64,000 nucleotides of DNA, taken from NCBI GenBank assembly GCA_033763315.1, contig JANRKS010000029.1, positions 1 to 64,000 of the forward strand. The letters are read 5' to 3'. The position numbers and the translations under genes were made by a program. Under the pieces are notes generated by a model. It did no database searches and was not told the origin of the DNA. It saw nothing but the letters and a program-made list of their open reading frames with translations. Source of the DNA: Deltaproteobacteria bacterium. GTDB lineage: Bacteria > Myxococcota_A > Polyangia > Fen-1088. Below are positions 27,352 through 39,303 of the stretch, in pieces (positions within the stretch are counted from its first letter, which is position 1; the number at the start of each line of letters is the position of its first letter).

Positions 27352-28395
27352 CTACGGCGTCGTCCAACGCGCGTTTCGCGCCAACTCCACCGCGCGCTCG
27401 GCAAACCAGGCGCCGGCTTGTGGGCCGCCGTTGCAGCGGCCGTCGGATTCGCCGGGTGGCTTGAGCCAATAGAAGGCGTCGCACAGCGGCTCGCCTGTGT
27501 TGGTTGTGGGTGGCGTGCCAAGTGCCCGGCCGGGTGGGTTGCACCACGCGCGTTCATCGTCGCCTGTGACGTCTTTGGGCGCGCCGTTGCCGTTGCGGCT
27601 TGTGTCGATGATGAAGTGTTTGCCGCCCACAGCCGCAGATAGAGACTTGCCGTAGATCATTAAGTCCGACGTTGCTTGATAGTTTGAAACGTTGAGCGCA
27701 AAGCCGTCGGCTTGTGCGATGCCCGCCGCTTGAAGTCGTGGTGCCATATCATCCACCGTGGCCCACGCGCTGTGGCCCGCATCGAGGTAAACAGCGGCGC
27801 CAGGTTTTGCTTTGAGCTTTTCCACCGCATATCGAACCAACGCGAGCCGCTCCTGTTGCCTTTGTTCGTCAAGGCATTTGGTGAGCATCGGCAACCCATC
27901 AGGCTCAAGCACAAACACGGCACGGTAATCGGCGAGCCCGCGCGCGACGGCATCGATCCACGCGCGGTAACGAGCCGGCGTCTTCGAGCCACCCGCCGAA
28001 TGTTGGCCACAATCACGGAACGGCAAGTTGTAAAGCACCATCACGGGCAGCGCGCCTGAGCGAGCGTGTTGCTTCACCAAGATGCGCACGTCGTCGTCTA
28101 TGCGCGGGTTCCAATTTCCCATCCAGAACGCGGCGGGTTGCTGCGCGATCTTCGCCACGGCCGCGGCGTCTTTGGGTCGACGGCGCCGCAAGGCCTCGGC
28201 TGTGCGCGCAGCATTGGAGTTCGGTCGGATCAGCCAATATGCGTCTTTGAATGGGTTCTCACCGGGCTCTCGCGGGCCGCTGGTGGGCGCACGCGGCGCA
28301 CCTGCACGACCCGATGCGGGAATCGTTGCGTTGGTGGGCAAAATGCAGGCCCCGAGGCCACACACGAAAACAACAAAGAGTGGGCGCGTGATCAA
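27352..28395 (-). CDS. GH6 endoglucanase, lipoprotein
   Basis: LGAC lipobox; YNLPFRDC, LEPDGL, YLDAGH, NVSNY, IDTSRNG, WCNPPG, WLKPPGESDG. Confidence 0.93.
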   Translation of the reverse strand: MITRPLFVVFVCGLGACILPTNATIPASGRAGAPRAPTSGPREPGENPFKDAYWLIRPNSNAARTAEALRRRRPKDAAAVAKIAQQPAAFWMGNWNPRIDDDVRILVKQHARSGALPVMVLYNLPFRDCGQHSAGGSKTPARYRAWIDAVARGLADYRAVFVLEPDGLPMLTKCLDEQRQQERLALVRYAVEKLKAKPGAAVYLDAGHSAWATVDDMAPRLQAAGIAQADGFALNVSNYQATSDLMIYGKSLSAAVGGKHFIIDTSRNGNGAPKDVTGDDERAWCNPPGRALGTPPTTNTGEPLCDAFYWLKPPGESDGRCNGGPQAGAWFAERAVELARNARWTTP

Positions 28396-28476
28396 GATGC
28401 CTTCACATTACTGCATTGAGGATCTACAGGGCACACCAAACACAGCTGGTGTGCTGCCGCCGCCGCGCTCGTTCGC

Positions 28477-29190
28477 TCAACCGCCCGTGGCAGCGTCGGT
28501 GGCGCGCGCGTCGCTGGCCCCGGCGTCAACGTCAGGGGCCGGTATAGTGGTGATGCGTTGGCGAAAATATTCTTTGTCGCTGAATTTGTCCCACGGCAAA
28601 GTGGTTTGTGAAACGCTCGTGTCTGTGCGCGAGCCGATCAAGCGGCCGAAGGCGCCATCAATGGGCAAAGTGCCCATCTCCGAGACGCTTGCGTAGTTGA
28701 GGCCTTGGTTTGGATCATAACCAACGCTGTAGTAACGGCCGGGCACCATCCACACCCGCAAAGGCCCAGCGCTGACGAAGCCCGGGCACGACGGCACGGG
28801 GACTTGCATGCTCACCAGTTTCTTGAACGGCGCTGTTTTCGATGACGTCTCGCCAACAGCGATCGTCACCAACGTATTCTGCAACGCCGGCTGCAAGAAG
28901 ATCTCAGCGTTCGTTAACCATCGCGGCGAGGTGACTTCATAAATGTTGACGCGGGCGAGGGCCGACGGCGTTTTTGACAGCGCGGCGTTGGGCCCGAAAT
29001 CGTCCCAACTTTGTTCAATGGAGCCCGCGTCAGGTGGCGAAACGGCGGGACAGCCGAGGGCGTCGCCCCCGGCATCCACAGCCGCATCGGCGCTGTTGCT
29101 GCTGTCGTCGCCTTTGCAGGCGGATAGCCAAACAAGGACCAGCATCACACCCCGGTAGCTGCGTGCCGCAGCGGGCTTTTGAAAGAACAT
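28477..29190 (-). CDS. Hypothetical lipoprotein
   Basis: LSAC lipobox followed by a DAG-rich linker and a beta-rich domain; start uncertain. Confidence 0.6.
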   Translation of the reverse strand: MFFQKPAAARSYRGVMLVLVWLSACKGDDSSNSADAAVDAGGDALGCPAVSPPDAGSIEQSWDDFGPNAALSKTPSALARVNIYEVTSPRWLTNAEIFLQPALQNTLVTIAVGETSSKTAPFKKLVSMQVPVPSCPGFVSAGPLRVWMVPGRYYSVGYDPNQGLNYASVSEMGTLPIDGAFGRLIGSRTDTSVSQTTLPWDKFSDKEYFRQRITTIPAPDVDAGASDARATDAATGG

Positions 29191-29204
29191 ACCGTGGACC
29201 ATGA

Positions 29205-31240
<2,036 letters not shown>

Positions 31241-31251
31241 CAACACAACAA

Positions 31252-31276
31252 GCGCGCAGGGGGCATGCCTGCGCGC
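31252..31276 (-). terminator. Intrinsic terminator hairpin between convergent genes
   Basis: GCGCGCAGG/CCTGCGCGC 9-bp stem with a 7-nt loop; U-rich run follows on the minus strand. Confidence 0.6.
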
Positions 31277-31284
31277 CTTCCAAC

Positions 31285-34200
31285 TTATTTGGCGTTCAGC
31301 GTGCGGGCGAAGTTCCACATCGCATCGATCTGCTTTTCACCGTCGCCACCCAAGACTTCGATGGGGCTCGCACCCGCTTCATCGAAGTAGGTGGGCATCT
31401 TGGTTTGCGGATCAATTTTCAGCGGGTTGCGCACCCAACGGCGGAAGAACTCAGGGCGCAGGCGATCGGCGGCGTAGGCCAGATTCACGCCCTCGGCCTC
31501 AAACACTTGCGTGGCCGCTTTGCTGCCGATGCCGTGGCAACCGATGCACGAAAAGCCGCCGTCGGCTGACACCAATTGTGCGCCCACCTGGGCAAGCTCT
31601 TTGTTCACGGGACCCAAAGGCGCTGAGGTGGGGCCGAATCCAGCTTGGGCCGCTAAGCCTTCCGCTATCACGTTAGCCCTGGGACCAAACCCGGGCATGC
31701 GTGCCGGCAACCACGCGTGGCCATCGGGATGTTTTTCACCGCGTGGTTTATAAGCGACGTTGCCCGCGATGAACTGAGCCATCCATTCAGGACGCAGTTT
31801 TGCGCCCACGTTGTCGAGCGACGGAAAACCATCGTAGGTGCCATGGCATCCTGTACACCGAAGCTTGCTTGCCTCGTAAGCCGATGCTTCGGCCGGCGCG
31901 TAGTTCGTGACTGTGGCCAGCTTGGTGCTGACGAACGTTTTGAGAGATTCGGCCTGCGCGGCTGAGAAGCCATAGTCAACGCCGCTTGTTCCATCCAGGC
32001 ACGAACCGCCAGAGCCCTTGGCGCCCGCGATCAGATTCAACGTCTTGCCCCTGTTCTTCTCGTTGCCCATCTGGTGGCACGACAAACAGCCTTTTTCCTG
32101 CACGAGCTGTTTGCCGCGTGCCAGTTTCTCCGGTGTGTCCTTGTAGTCTTGCGGCTGCGTTTTCCAACCCATGCGCGTGATGGTGATTTCAAGTTCGACC
32201 GCTTCCGCACGCGACAACCTGAAGTTCGGCATCGGGTTCCACGCATAGTGTGCCGCTGGGTTTTGCAGGTACGCGGCCACCGCGCCCTTCGGATATTTCT
32301 GCCCCACCGCGCCGAGGCTTAATCGGCCATCGTCGGCGGCGTTGCCCATGTCCGTGTGGCACCCACCGCACAGGTACGTGGTCATCAATGTGCCGTCGAG
32401 CTTTTCATTCGAAGTTTTTTCGCGGGCCAGCCGTGCGTCCACTTCGGCGGCCAGCGCCTCTCGTTCTTTGTCGAATTTGCTGTCGCGCAAGGTGCTGAGG
32501 TACGCCGCCACAGCGTCCTTGTCGTCTTTGGCGTCCTTTGCAAACAAGCGCGGCATAGACGCGCTGGCCCGGTAGCCTTTGGGATTGGAGATCCACTCGC
32601 GCAGCCAGCCGCGGTTGACGCGTGAGCCAATGCCGTCAAGGCTGGGCGCGTCCATTGTCAATTCAGGCGAGGCGCCCGCTGGCATTGTGCCGGCGTGGCA
32701 GCGAATGCAGCGGTTCTCGATGAACAGCTCGCGGCTCGACCGTAGGCGCGCAGACTCTGCTATTTGTGGCAACACTTCATGGCGAAACGCATTGGGAGGC
32801 ACTGGCTCTAGGGCTTCTGAACCTGGCTTCTCGGTGTTGCTTGCGGCCCACAACAGACGCGCGTGTTCATCGCGTCCACCGGCCGCAACGAACTTCACGC
32901 GCACCGGCAGGGGCTGCCCTGTCAAAGCCACCGGCTTGCTGCGGGTGAGCCCCGCCGCCGTGGTCGACAACACAACAGCGCCCTTCACCGTGACTTCCAT
33001 GGGGCCAGAAGCGTCGACGGCCAGCACATAATCACCGGCTTGATCAGACGTGAGCGTGCCTTCCCAGGTCGCCTCGAATGCACCTGGTTGCGTGAAGGCA
33101 CTGGCCGCGCGGCCTTTGCCCACAAACAGCTGCACGCCTTGCGCCACCGTTATGTCGCTGCCACTGCCACTCTTCAGCGTTAAGTTCAAACCCGGCTTGC
33201 CTCGGGCCGCCACGCGCGTGTTGCCGCGCGCGCTCGGGTCGGCAGGCACCACGTGGATCGTGTGAACCACGGACTGCGTGATCGCTGCCCCGTCAGCCGC
33301 TTTGAGTTTGAACTTCAACAGCATTTGGTCCACGGGGCGCAGATCATCGATCTGCACGGTGACCGTGCGGCCATCTTTGGACAAGATGGCGCCGTAAACG
33401 TCGAGGCGATCGTGTCCACGGCGTTCGGGCTCATCCACTGAGAACTCTGGTGATCCGTAGTCCTGCGTGCGGTGGTAATTCCAACGTTCGCCTGAGAAGT
33501 TCTGTGCCACAACCGTTGTGGGATCGAGTGGATGATCAAAGGTCAAGTGCACGCCCGCGCTCGTGACCTTCAGGCCCACCACCGAATGCACCTCCTTGCC
33601 GGTGTAACGAATGCGATCGAATCCCGTCAACGACACGGCGTCTGATTGCCAACCAGAAAGGCCCACAACATAAAGCTGGCCGTCCTTCTCGTTAAAGCGG
33701 CCACGCATCGCCGATGACGTCAGCTTCACCGGTTCTCCGGTCAGTTGCGCGGCGTCAGCGCCGCCCACCAGGCGCACCACGCCGCCCTGCATTTGCTTGC
33801 CCACTTTTTCTTTGAGCACCCGGTAGATCGAAGCGCGGCCATACGACAGGTGCAGCAGCTCGCCTTTAAGCGGTCCCCATTTGTCGCTCGTGACCCACAC
33901 CTGCCCGCCGCCCGAATTGTCGTACGACTTTGGCAACCACGTCAGTGGCTTGTCATGGGCGGGCAGCGGCTTCTTGTGGGCCAGATCTTCCACGCCGTAA
34001 AAGCCGCCCGGTTGCACCCAGTTGATCGGACACGCGGGCATCCACGTGCCCTCGTTGTCGCCCGTGGTGAGTTCACCGTTGGGTCCCACGCCGATGCCAT
34101 TGGGCGCACGAAAGCCCGTGGCCACGATGGTGCGCTTTTTGCCGTCTGCCGAAATCTTGTGAAGGGCGCCGGCCATCGGTGTGACCGTGCCGTTGCCACC

Positions 34201-35712
34201 ACCGCCGCCAAAGCCGCGGCCACCCGAGCGCACCGGGCCTGCCTTGGCCGTATAGAAATTGCCCTGCTTGTCGGTTTGCAGATCGAATTGAAATTCGTGA
34301 AAGCCCGGTGAGTTTGTGATCTGGTTGTTGAAGTTCTCGTAGCGATCCGCTTCACCATCGTTGTTCAGATCCGAAAGACGCGTGATTTGATCGCGCCCCG
34401 TGACGTAGACTTGATCCTTCACAATTTTTAGTCCCAAGGGTTCGTAGAGGCCGGAAGCGAACCGCCGCCATTCGAGCTTATCGAGATCAGCGTCGATGCC
34501 TGAGACCACCCACACATCGCCTTCCCACGTTGATACGGCCGCGCGCGTGCCGTCTGAAAAGAAGTCAACGCCTGCAATCATGATGCGGCGGTGAAACACG
34601 TTGTCTTTCCAATCTTCGGGCGCGCCTTTGTAGACGCCTGGATAAGGCGTGGTGATGCGGTCAACCACGTAAGCGCCTGACGATGTGCCCAGGCTGCCTT
34701 TGGTAACGATGGGCTTGGGCCAGTGGGCTTGGCCCCCTTGCGTGAAAGCCGGCATCTGCGCTGCGCCGCCGGCAAGGCTTGCGATGCTTTGCGGCCCTTT
34801 TCCTTGCGGCGCAAACGCCGTGATGATCTTCAACAGCGAAGGCGCTTTCGTTTTCGGCAGAGACAACACGATGCGCCCGTCGCCGGCCTCTTTGATCGCG
34901 GCGCCCGCCGGCGCCCCGACGACCATGACGTGCGTGGTCCCGCGTTCGTCGTCGAAGCTGCGTTCCAAGCCTTCGCCGCGCGCCGCGCCCGGTTTCTGCA
35001 GATCAAACAAACGCGTGGTCAGTGGTTTGCTGATCGGCGCCAATGACAACGTGCGCACGAACGCCACGTTGGCGTCTTGCTTGGCAACGCTGTTCCATTC
35101 ATTGATCTTCGTTCCGTGAATCGTGTAGGCGAACACCACGTCATTGCCCACGGTGTAAAGGCCATCCCAGCGTGCCCACTTTTCTGGCAGGGGTCCGAAG
35201 GGAATCGAACGAGGATCGGCAAAGCTGCCCCGTTCATCCGCCCAGCCGGGGCCAGGTGCGGTGCCAAATTGAACCGCTCCGGCCACCTGCGGGTGCCCGC
35301 CGTGTGACGTATCGAATGTGACGCCTGTGGCGGTGAGGAACTTGCCGGTCCACGCTGAAGACAGCCGCAACAAGTCCGTATCGAAATTGCACGCGGCTCC
35401 GTCGGCCAGGCGCACGGAGATGCTCTTATTGGTGGTGTTGCCCGCGGGGTAAGGCGCCGTCACGGCGGACGCCTGGAAGGGGAAATCACTTTGGATGGGC
35501 GACCAGCCTTCTTCTTCAACGTCGTGCTGTGGCCGCCCAAGCTCGGTTTGGGCGGGGGGGGCCGCGTTTGGGGCCGGCGGGGCGTTGATCGCCGCGGGTG
35601 CGGCGGCAGGCGACGTCGTGGGCTTGGCGCACGCGCCGAGGGCCAGGACGGACAAACAAAGCGAACGGAAACAGAGGCCGGCGGCCCGAAGTCGGACATA
35701 GCTTAACAACAT
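31285..35712 (-). CDS. 1475-aa lipoprotein: DUF6797-like domain, dehydrogenase-like beta-propeller, PA14-like module and five c-type hemes
   Basis: ALGAC lipobox; FDTDLLR...AWTG; RFASGLYEPLG, GFRAPNG, DNEGTWMP, GPLKGELL; CIRCH, CGGCH, CLSCH, CTGCH, CIGCH. Confidence 0.85.
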   Translation of the reverse strand: MLLSYVRLRAAGLCFRSLCLSVLALGACAKPTTSPAAAPAAINAPPAPNAAPPAQTELGRPQHDVEEEGWSPIQSDFPFQASAVTAPYPAGNTTNKSISVRLADGAACNFDTDLLRLSSAWTGKFLTATGVTFDTSHGGHPQVAGAVQFGTAPGPGWADERGSFADPRSIPFGPLPEKWARWDGLYTVGNDVVFAYTIHGTKINEWNSVAKQDANVAFVRTLSLAPISKPLTTRLFDLQKPGAARGEGLERSFDDERGTTHVMVVGAPAGAAIKEAGDGRIVLSLPKTKAPSLLKIITAFAPQGKGPQSIASLAGGAAQMPAFTQGGQAHWPKPIVTKGSLGTSSGAYVVDRITTPYPGVYKGAPEDWKDNVFHRRIMIAGVDFFSDGTRAAVSTWEGDVWVVSGIDADLDKLEWRRFASGLYEPLGLKIVKDQVYVTGRDQITRLSDLNNDGEADRYENFNNQITNSPGFHEFQFDLQTDKQGNFYTAKAGPVRSGGRGFGGGGGNGTVTPMAGALHKISADGKKRTIVATGFRAPNGIGVGPNGELTTGDNEGTWMPACPINWVQPGGFYGVEDLAHKKPLPAHDKPLTWLPKSYDNSGGGQVWVTSDKWGPLKGELLHLSYGRASIYRVLKEKVGKQMQGGVVRLVGGADAAQLTGEPVKLTSSAMRGRFNEKDGQLYVVGLSGWQSDAVSLTGFDRIRYTGKEVHSVVGLKVTSAGVHLTFDHPLDPTTVVAQNFSGERWNYHRTQDYGSPEFSVDEPERRGHDRLDVYGAILSKDGRTVTVQIDDLRPVDQMLLKFKLKAADGAAITQSVVHTIHVVPADPSARGNTRVAARGKPGLNLTLKSGSGSDITVAQGVQLFVGKGRAASAFTQPGAFEATWEGTLTSDQAGDYVLAVDASGPMEVTVKGAVVLSTTAAGLTRSKPVALTGQPLPVRVKFVAAGGRDEHARLLWAASNTEKPGSEALEPVPPNAFRHEVLPQIAESARLRSSRELFIENRCIRCHAGTMPAGASPELTMDAPSLDGIGSRVNRGWLREWISNPKGYRASASMPRLFAKDAKDDKDAVAAYLSTLRDSKFDKEREALAAEVDARLAREKTSNEKLDGTLMTTYLCGGCHTDMGNAADDGRLSLGAVGQKYPKGAVAAYLQNPAAHYAWNPMPNFRLSRAEAVELEITITRMGWKTQPQDYKDTPEKLARGKQLVQEKGCLSCHQMGNEKNRGKTLNLIAGAKGSGGSCLDGTSGVDYGFSAAQAESLKTFVSTKLATVTNYAPAEASAYEASKLRCTGCHGTYDGFPSLDNVGAKLRPEWMAQFIAGNVAYKPRGEKHPDGHAWLPARMPGFGPRANVIAEGLAAQAGFGPTSAPLGPVNKELAQVGAQLVSADGGFSCIGCHGIGSKAATQVFEAEGVNLAYAADRLRPEFFRRWVRNPLKIDPQTKMPTYFDEAGASPIEVLGGDGEKQIDAMWNFARTLNAK

Positions 35713-35821
35713 GGGAGTCGTACCTTATCACCAAGGTTGCGCCCCGCAGGCCCATCCTATCCTCCGGTGAGAGCTAGACCACGCAGGGCGCTGTTTTTTT
35801 TGCGCCTGCGACCGCCAACGG

Positions 35822-36832
35822 TCACTCCGATAAGAACTGAATGACGCGCTTCGTAAAGTCCATGGTGCCGCTGCGGCCGCCTATGTCGACGGTGGTGTGT
35901 TGACCTTCCGCGATCGTTGCCCGGATCGCCCGTTCCAAACGCTGACCTCGCTCCCGCTGCCCTAAGCGATCGAGCATCATGGCGCCCGCCAACATCACCG
36001 CGGTGGGATTGGCCTTGCCTTGCCCCGCGATGTCCGGTGCGGTGCCATGCACGGCCTCGAAGATAGCCGCGGTCTCACCGATGTTGGCGCCAGCGGTCAG
36101 CCCCAAGCCACCCACCAAGCCCGCCGTCAGATCCGAGAGGATGTCGCCAAACAGGTTCGTCGTCACGATGACGTCAAACCGTGACGGATCCCTCACCAAC
36201 TGCATGGCGCAGTTATCGACGATGATGTCCTCGAAGGTGATCTCGGGGTAAAGCCGGGCGATTTCGCGGCCTGTCTCCAAAAACAACCCCGACGTCATCT
36301 TTAAGATGTTGGCCTTATGAACCAACGTGACCTTCTTTCGCCCCGCCGCGCGCGCGTGCTCAAAGGCGAAGCGAATGATGCGATCAGAGCCGAACTTCGT
36401 AATGATGCTGATCGATTCAGCGGCGCTGCGGGTTGGATCGATGTAATGCTCGATGCCCACGTATTCGCCCTGCGTGTTTTCGCGCACTACAAACAGATCC
36501 ACCGCTTCATAACGGTTCTTGATGCCATCAAAGCGGCGCGCGGGCCGCAGGTTGGCGTACAGATCGAACTCGAGCCGCAGCGAAACGTTCACGCTTTTGT
36601 AACCGCCGCCAATGGGCGTGGCCAACGGGCCCTTGAGGCAGATCTGGTTGGCGCGAATGGACGCCAACGTGGCTTCGGGCAAGGGCGCGCCATGTTTAGG
36701 CACAGCCCCGGCCCCGGCGTCTTGCGGATCCCATTCAATCGCGGCGCCCGTGGCCTCGATGGCTTGCACGGCGGCGTCCACTACCTCAGGCCCAATGCCA
36801 TCGCCCCGGATCAACGTAACTTTGGTTGCCAT
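35822..36832 (-). CDS. icd: NAD-dependent isocitrate dehydrogenase (IDH/IPMDH family, IDH3-like)
   Basis: [59 protein letters not shown]. Confidence 0.85.
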   Translation of the reverse strand: MATKVTLIRGDGIGPEVVDAAVQAIEATGAAIEWDPQDAGAGAVPKHGAPLPEATLASIRANQICLKGPLATPIGGGYKSVNVSLRLEFDLYANLRPARRFDGIKNRYEAVDLFVVRENTQGEYVGIEHYIDPTRSAAESISIITKFGSDRIIRFAFEHARAAGRKKVTLVHKANILKMTSGLFLETGREIARLYPEITFEDIIVDNCAMQLVRDPSRFDVIVTTNLFGDILSDLTAGLVGGLGLTAGANIGETAAIFEAVHGTAPDIAGQGKANPTAVMLAGAMMLDRLGQRERGQRLERAIRATIAEGQHTTVDIGGRSGTMDFTKRVIQFLSE

Positions 36833-36905
36833 GTCGGCTTCCTAGTATAGGTGAGTTCCGCATCCTTCGGATGTTTTGGTATGACAGCTTCAGAAAGCGA
36901 AAATC

Positions 36906-39236
36906 TTGCTGGTTCCCCAAACACACCTTGAGTTCCTCGATTGGCCTGCGGTGCTCGAACGCCTTTCAGCCGGTGCGCATTCAGAGCGTGGCCGCGCCGC
37001 CTGCCGTGCTTTGTTGCCGCTGGCAAACGCCGACGAAGCACGCCAGCGGGCACAGGTGGTGGCGGAACTGATGGCGATCTTGCGCCACGAAGGCCGCATG
37101 CCTTCGCTTGCGTTCCCCGAGATCGAGCCCTACTTGAAGCTGGCCGGGCAGGGTGGCGTTTTGGGAGCGGAAGAGCTCAGTAAATTGGGCGTTTTTTGTG
37201 ACATCGGCGCCAGCGCACGTCGCTTCTTTTCCCGCTTTTCACCAGGCGCGCCAACGCTGCAAGCGGCGAGCGTGTGGGGCGTGGCCGGTCAGTTGGGCGA
37301 GTGGGATGAGCTCGGCCGGGTGGCGCGTGAAACGTTCGATGCCGCGGGTGAAATTCGCGATAGCGCCTCACCTGAATTGGCGCGCTTGCGCCGCGAGCGC
37401 GATGCTTTGGCCGCCCGCGTGCGCAGCAAGGCCGAAGAGCTGCTGCTGTCGCAAGACTTTGATCCGATCTTACAGGATCGTTTTGTCACCCAGCGAGGCG
37501 ATCGATTTGTGTTGCCGGTCAAAGCCTCGTTCAAATCGATGGGCTTGGGCATCGTGCACGATACGTCTCGCACGGGCGAAACCGTGTTCATCGAGCCCAC
37601 GCAGCTGGTTGAACTCAACAACCGCCTCAAGGTGATCGAGCTTGAGATCCGCCACGAATGCCGGCGCATCCTCGAAGAGCTTTCGTCGTTGGTGTCGCAA
37701 TCGGCGGGCGGGCTGCGGGCTGATCTAGAAACGCTGGCGCAGCTGGATCTTTTTGTGGCGATGGCTCGCTATGGCGTGGCTTGTGACGCTTCGGCGCCCA
37801 CGTTGGTCAAAGACGCGGTGATCGATCTGCGCGATCTGCGCCATCCGTTGCTCGTGATGCGCGCCCAAAGCGAAGGCTTTGCGGTTGTGTCCAACGAATT
37901 GCATCTGGGTGGTGCCGACAACGCACGCCTGTTGGTGGTGAGCGGCCCCAATGCGGGCGGCAAAACTGTGTTGCTCAAGGCCGTGGGCTTGGCCGTGTTG
38001 GCGGCGCGCGTGGGTTTGCCTGTGCCGGCGGCTCCGCAAAGCAAAATTGGTGTGTTCGCCGCTGTGTTGGCTGACATCGGGGATCAGCAATCTGTTCTGG
38101 GAGATCTCTCGACGTTTTCGGCACACTTGGGAAACCTTGCAGGTATCTTGGACACTGTGGCTGAGGCGTTCCCTGCGCCGGTGCTGGTGTTGTGTGATGA
38201 GTTGATGGCCGGCACGAACCCCGATCAAGGCGCGGCGTTGGCGCGCGCGTGTCTTGAACGTTTGGCCGAAGGCAACGCGGTGGGCGTGTGCACCACACAC
38301 TACGATGCGCTCAAGGCGTTGGCCGACAACGATGGCCGCTTTCGCAACGCCGGCATGGAATACGATATGGAGCACCTGCGGCCCACCTTCCGTTTGCGCG
38401 ACGGCCAGCCTGGGCGCAGTTACGCACTGGACATCGCCGCGCGCATGGGTTTGCCTGAGCCCGTGCTCACGCGTGCGCGCGAATTGGTGGGCGCGACTTC
38501 AGCTGGCCTAGAAGAGGTGCTGCGTGATCTCGAAAACCGTGAAGCCACTTTGGCCCAGCAAGAAGCCGCGCTTGTGCGGGCGCGTGAGCAACTGGAGCGC
38601 CAAGTAGAAAAAGAGCAGCGAGCCGCGCAAGCCTTGGCCGCGCGCGAACGCGAGCTTGCCACGAAAACACGCGAGACGATCGAAGGCGCCGTCAAAGAAA
38701 CGCGTGAAGCTTTGCGGGACATCCTGCGCACGGCACGGCAAGAGGCGAGTACACAAGGGGCAGGGAAAGCCGTGTCGGCGGCGCAGGCGGAGTTGGCGCG
38801 CAAGGCGGCGGAAGCCACGCAAGATTTGCCCGCACAAACGGCACTCGATTTGGAGAAGCTCAAATCAGCGTGGGCGAAACGCGGCATGAAGGGCCTATCA
38901 AACGCGATGGCCGCAGGTAAGGCGATGAAAACAAATCCCACGCCCGCCGCACCGGTGGAAGACGACGCCCTCGGCATCTTGATGCGCGGACGCGGCCATA
39001 CCATTGATGTTCGGGGCATGCGCGTGGATGAAGCTTTGGCGTTCGTTGAGTCGCGTTTGGATGAGGCCGTGTTAAACGGCGCGGATGCTGCGTTTGTGAT
39101 TCACGGGTATGGCAGTGGAGCGCTTCGCAAAGCCGTGCGCGAGTACCTGACGTTGTCGCCCGCGGTGGGGCGGCAGCGTCCCGGCCTGCGCGAAGAAGGC
39201 GGCGACGGCGTGACCGTGGCGGTGTTGCGCGGTTAA
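36906..39236 (+). CDS. mutS2: MutS2 (Smr-domain) protein
   Basis: LEFLDW, DSASPEL, GIVHDTS.TG.TVFIEP, SGPNAGGKT, DIGDQQS...LSTFSAH, DELMAGT.P, TTHY, C-terminal Smr HGYGSGALR. Confidence 0.95.
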   Translation: MLVPQTHLEFLDWPAVLERLSAGAHSERGRAACRALLPLANADEARQRAQVVAELMAILRHEGRMPSLAFPEIEPYLKLAGQGGVLGAEELSKLGVFCDIGASARRFFSRFSPGAPTLQAASVWGVAGQLGEWDELGRVARETFDAAGEIRDSASPELARLRRERDALAARVRSKAEELLLSQDFDPILQDRFVTQRGDRFVLPVKASFKSMGLGIVHDTSRTGETVFIEPTQLVELNNRLKVIELEIRHECRRILEELSSLVSQSAGGLRADLETLAQLDLFVAMARYGVACDASAPTLVKDAVIDLRDLRHPLLVMRAQSEGFAVVSNELHLGGADNARLLVVSGPNAGGKTVLLKAVGLAVLAARVGLPVPAAPQSKIGVFAAVLADIGDQQSVLGDLSTFSAHLGNLAGILDTVAEAFPAPVLVLCDELMAGTNPDQGAALARACLERLAEGNAVGVCTTHYDALKALADNDGRFRNAGMEYDMEHLRPTFRLRDGQPGRSYALDIAARMGLPEPVLTRARELVGATSAGLEEVLRDLENREATLAQQEAALVRAREQLERQVEKEQRAAQALAARERELATKTRETIEGAVKETREALRDILRTARQEASTQGAGKAVSAAQAELARKAAEATQDLPAQTALDLEKLKSAWAKRGMKGLSNAMAAGKAMKTNPTPAAPVEDDALGILMRGRGHTIDVRGMRVDEALAFVESRLDEAVLNGADAAFVIHGYGSGALRKAVREYLTLSPAVGRQRPGLREEGGDGVTVAVLRG

Positions 39237-39303
39237 TTGCCGCAAGCGTCATCATATTCATCCCACGCCCGCGCTGAACCGACTATTATCGCGGCCGTTT
39301 TCC

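Noticed and set aside
35782-35810. CGCAGGGCGC...GCGCCTGCG hairpin downstream of icd
   Set aside because: The T-run is in the loop rather than after the stem, so it cannot be confidently called a terminator or ncRNA.
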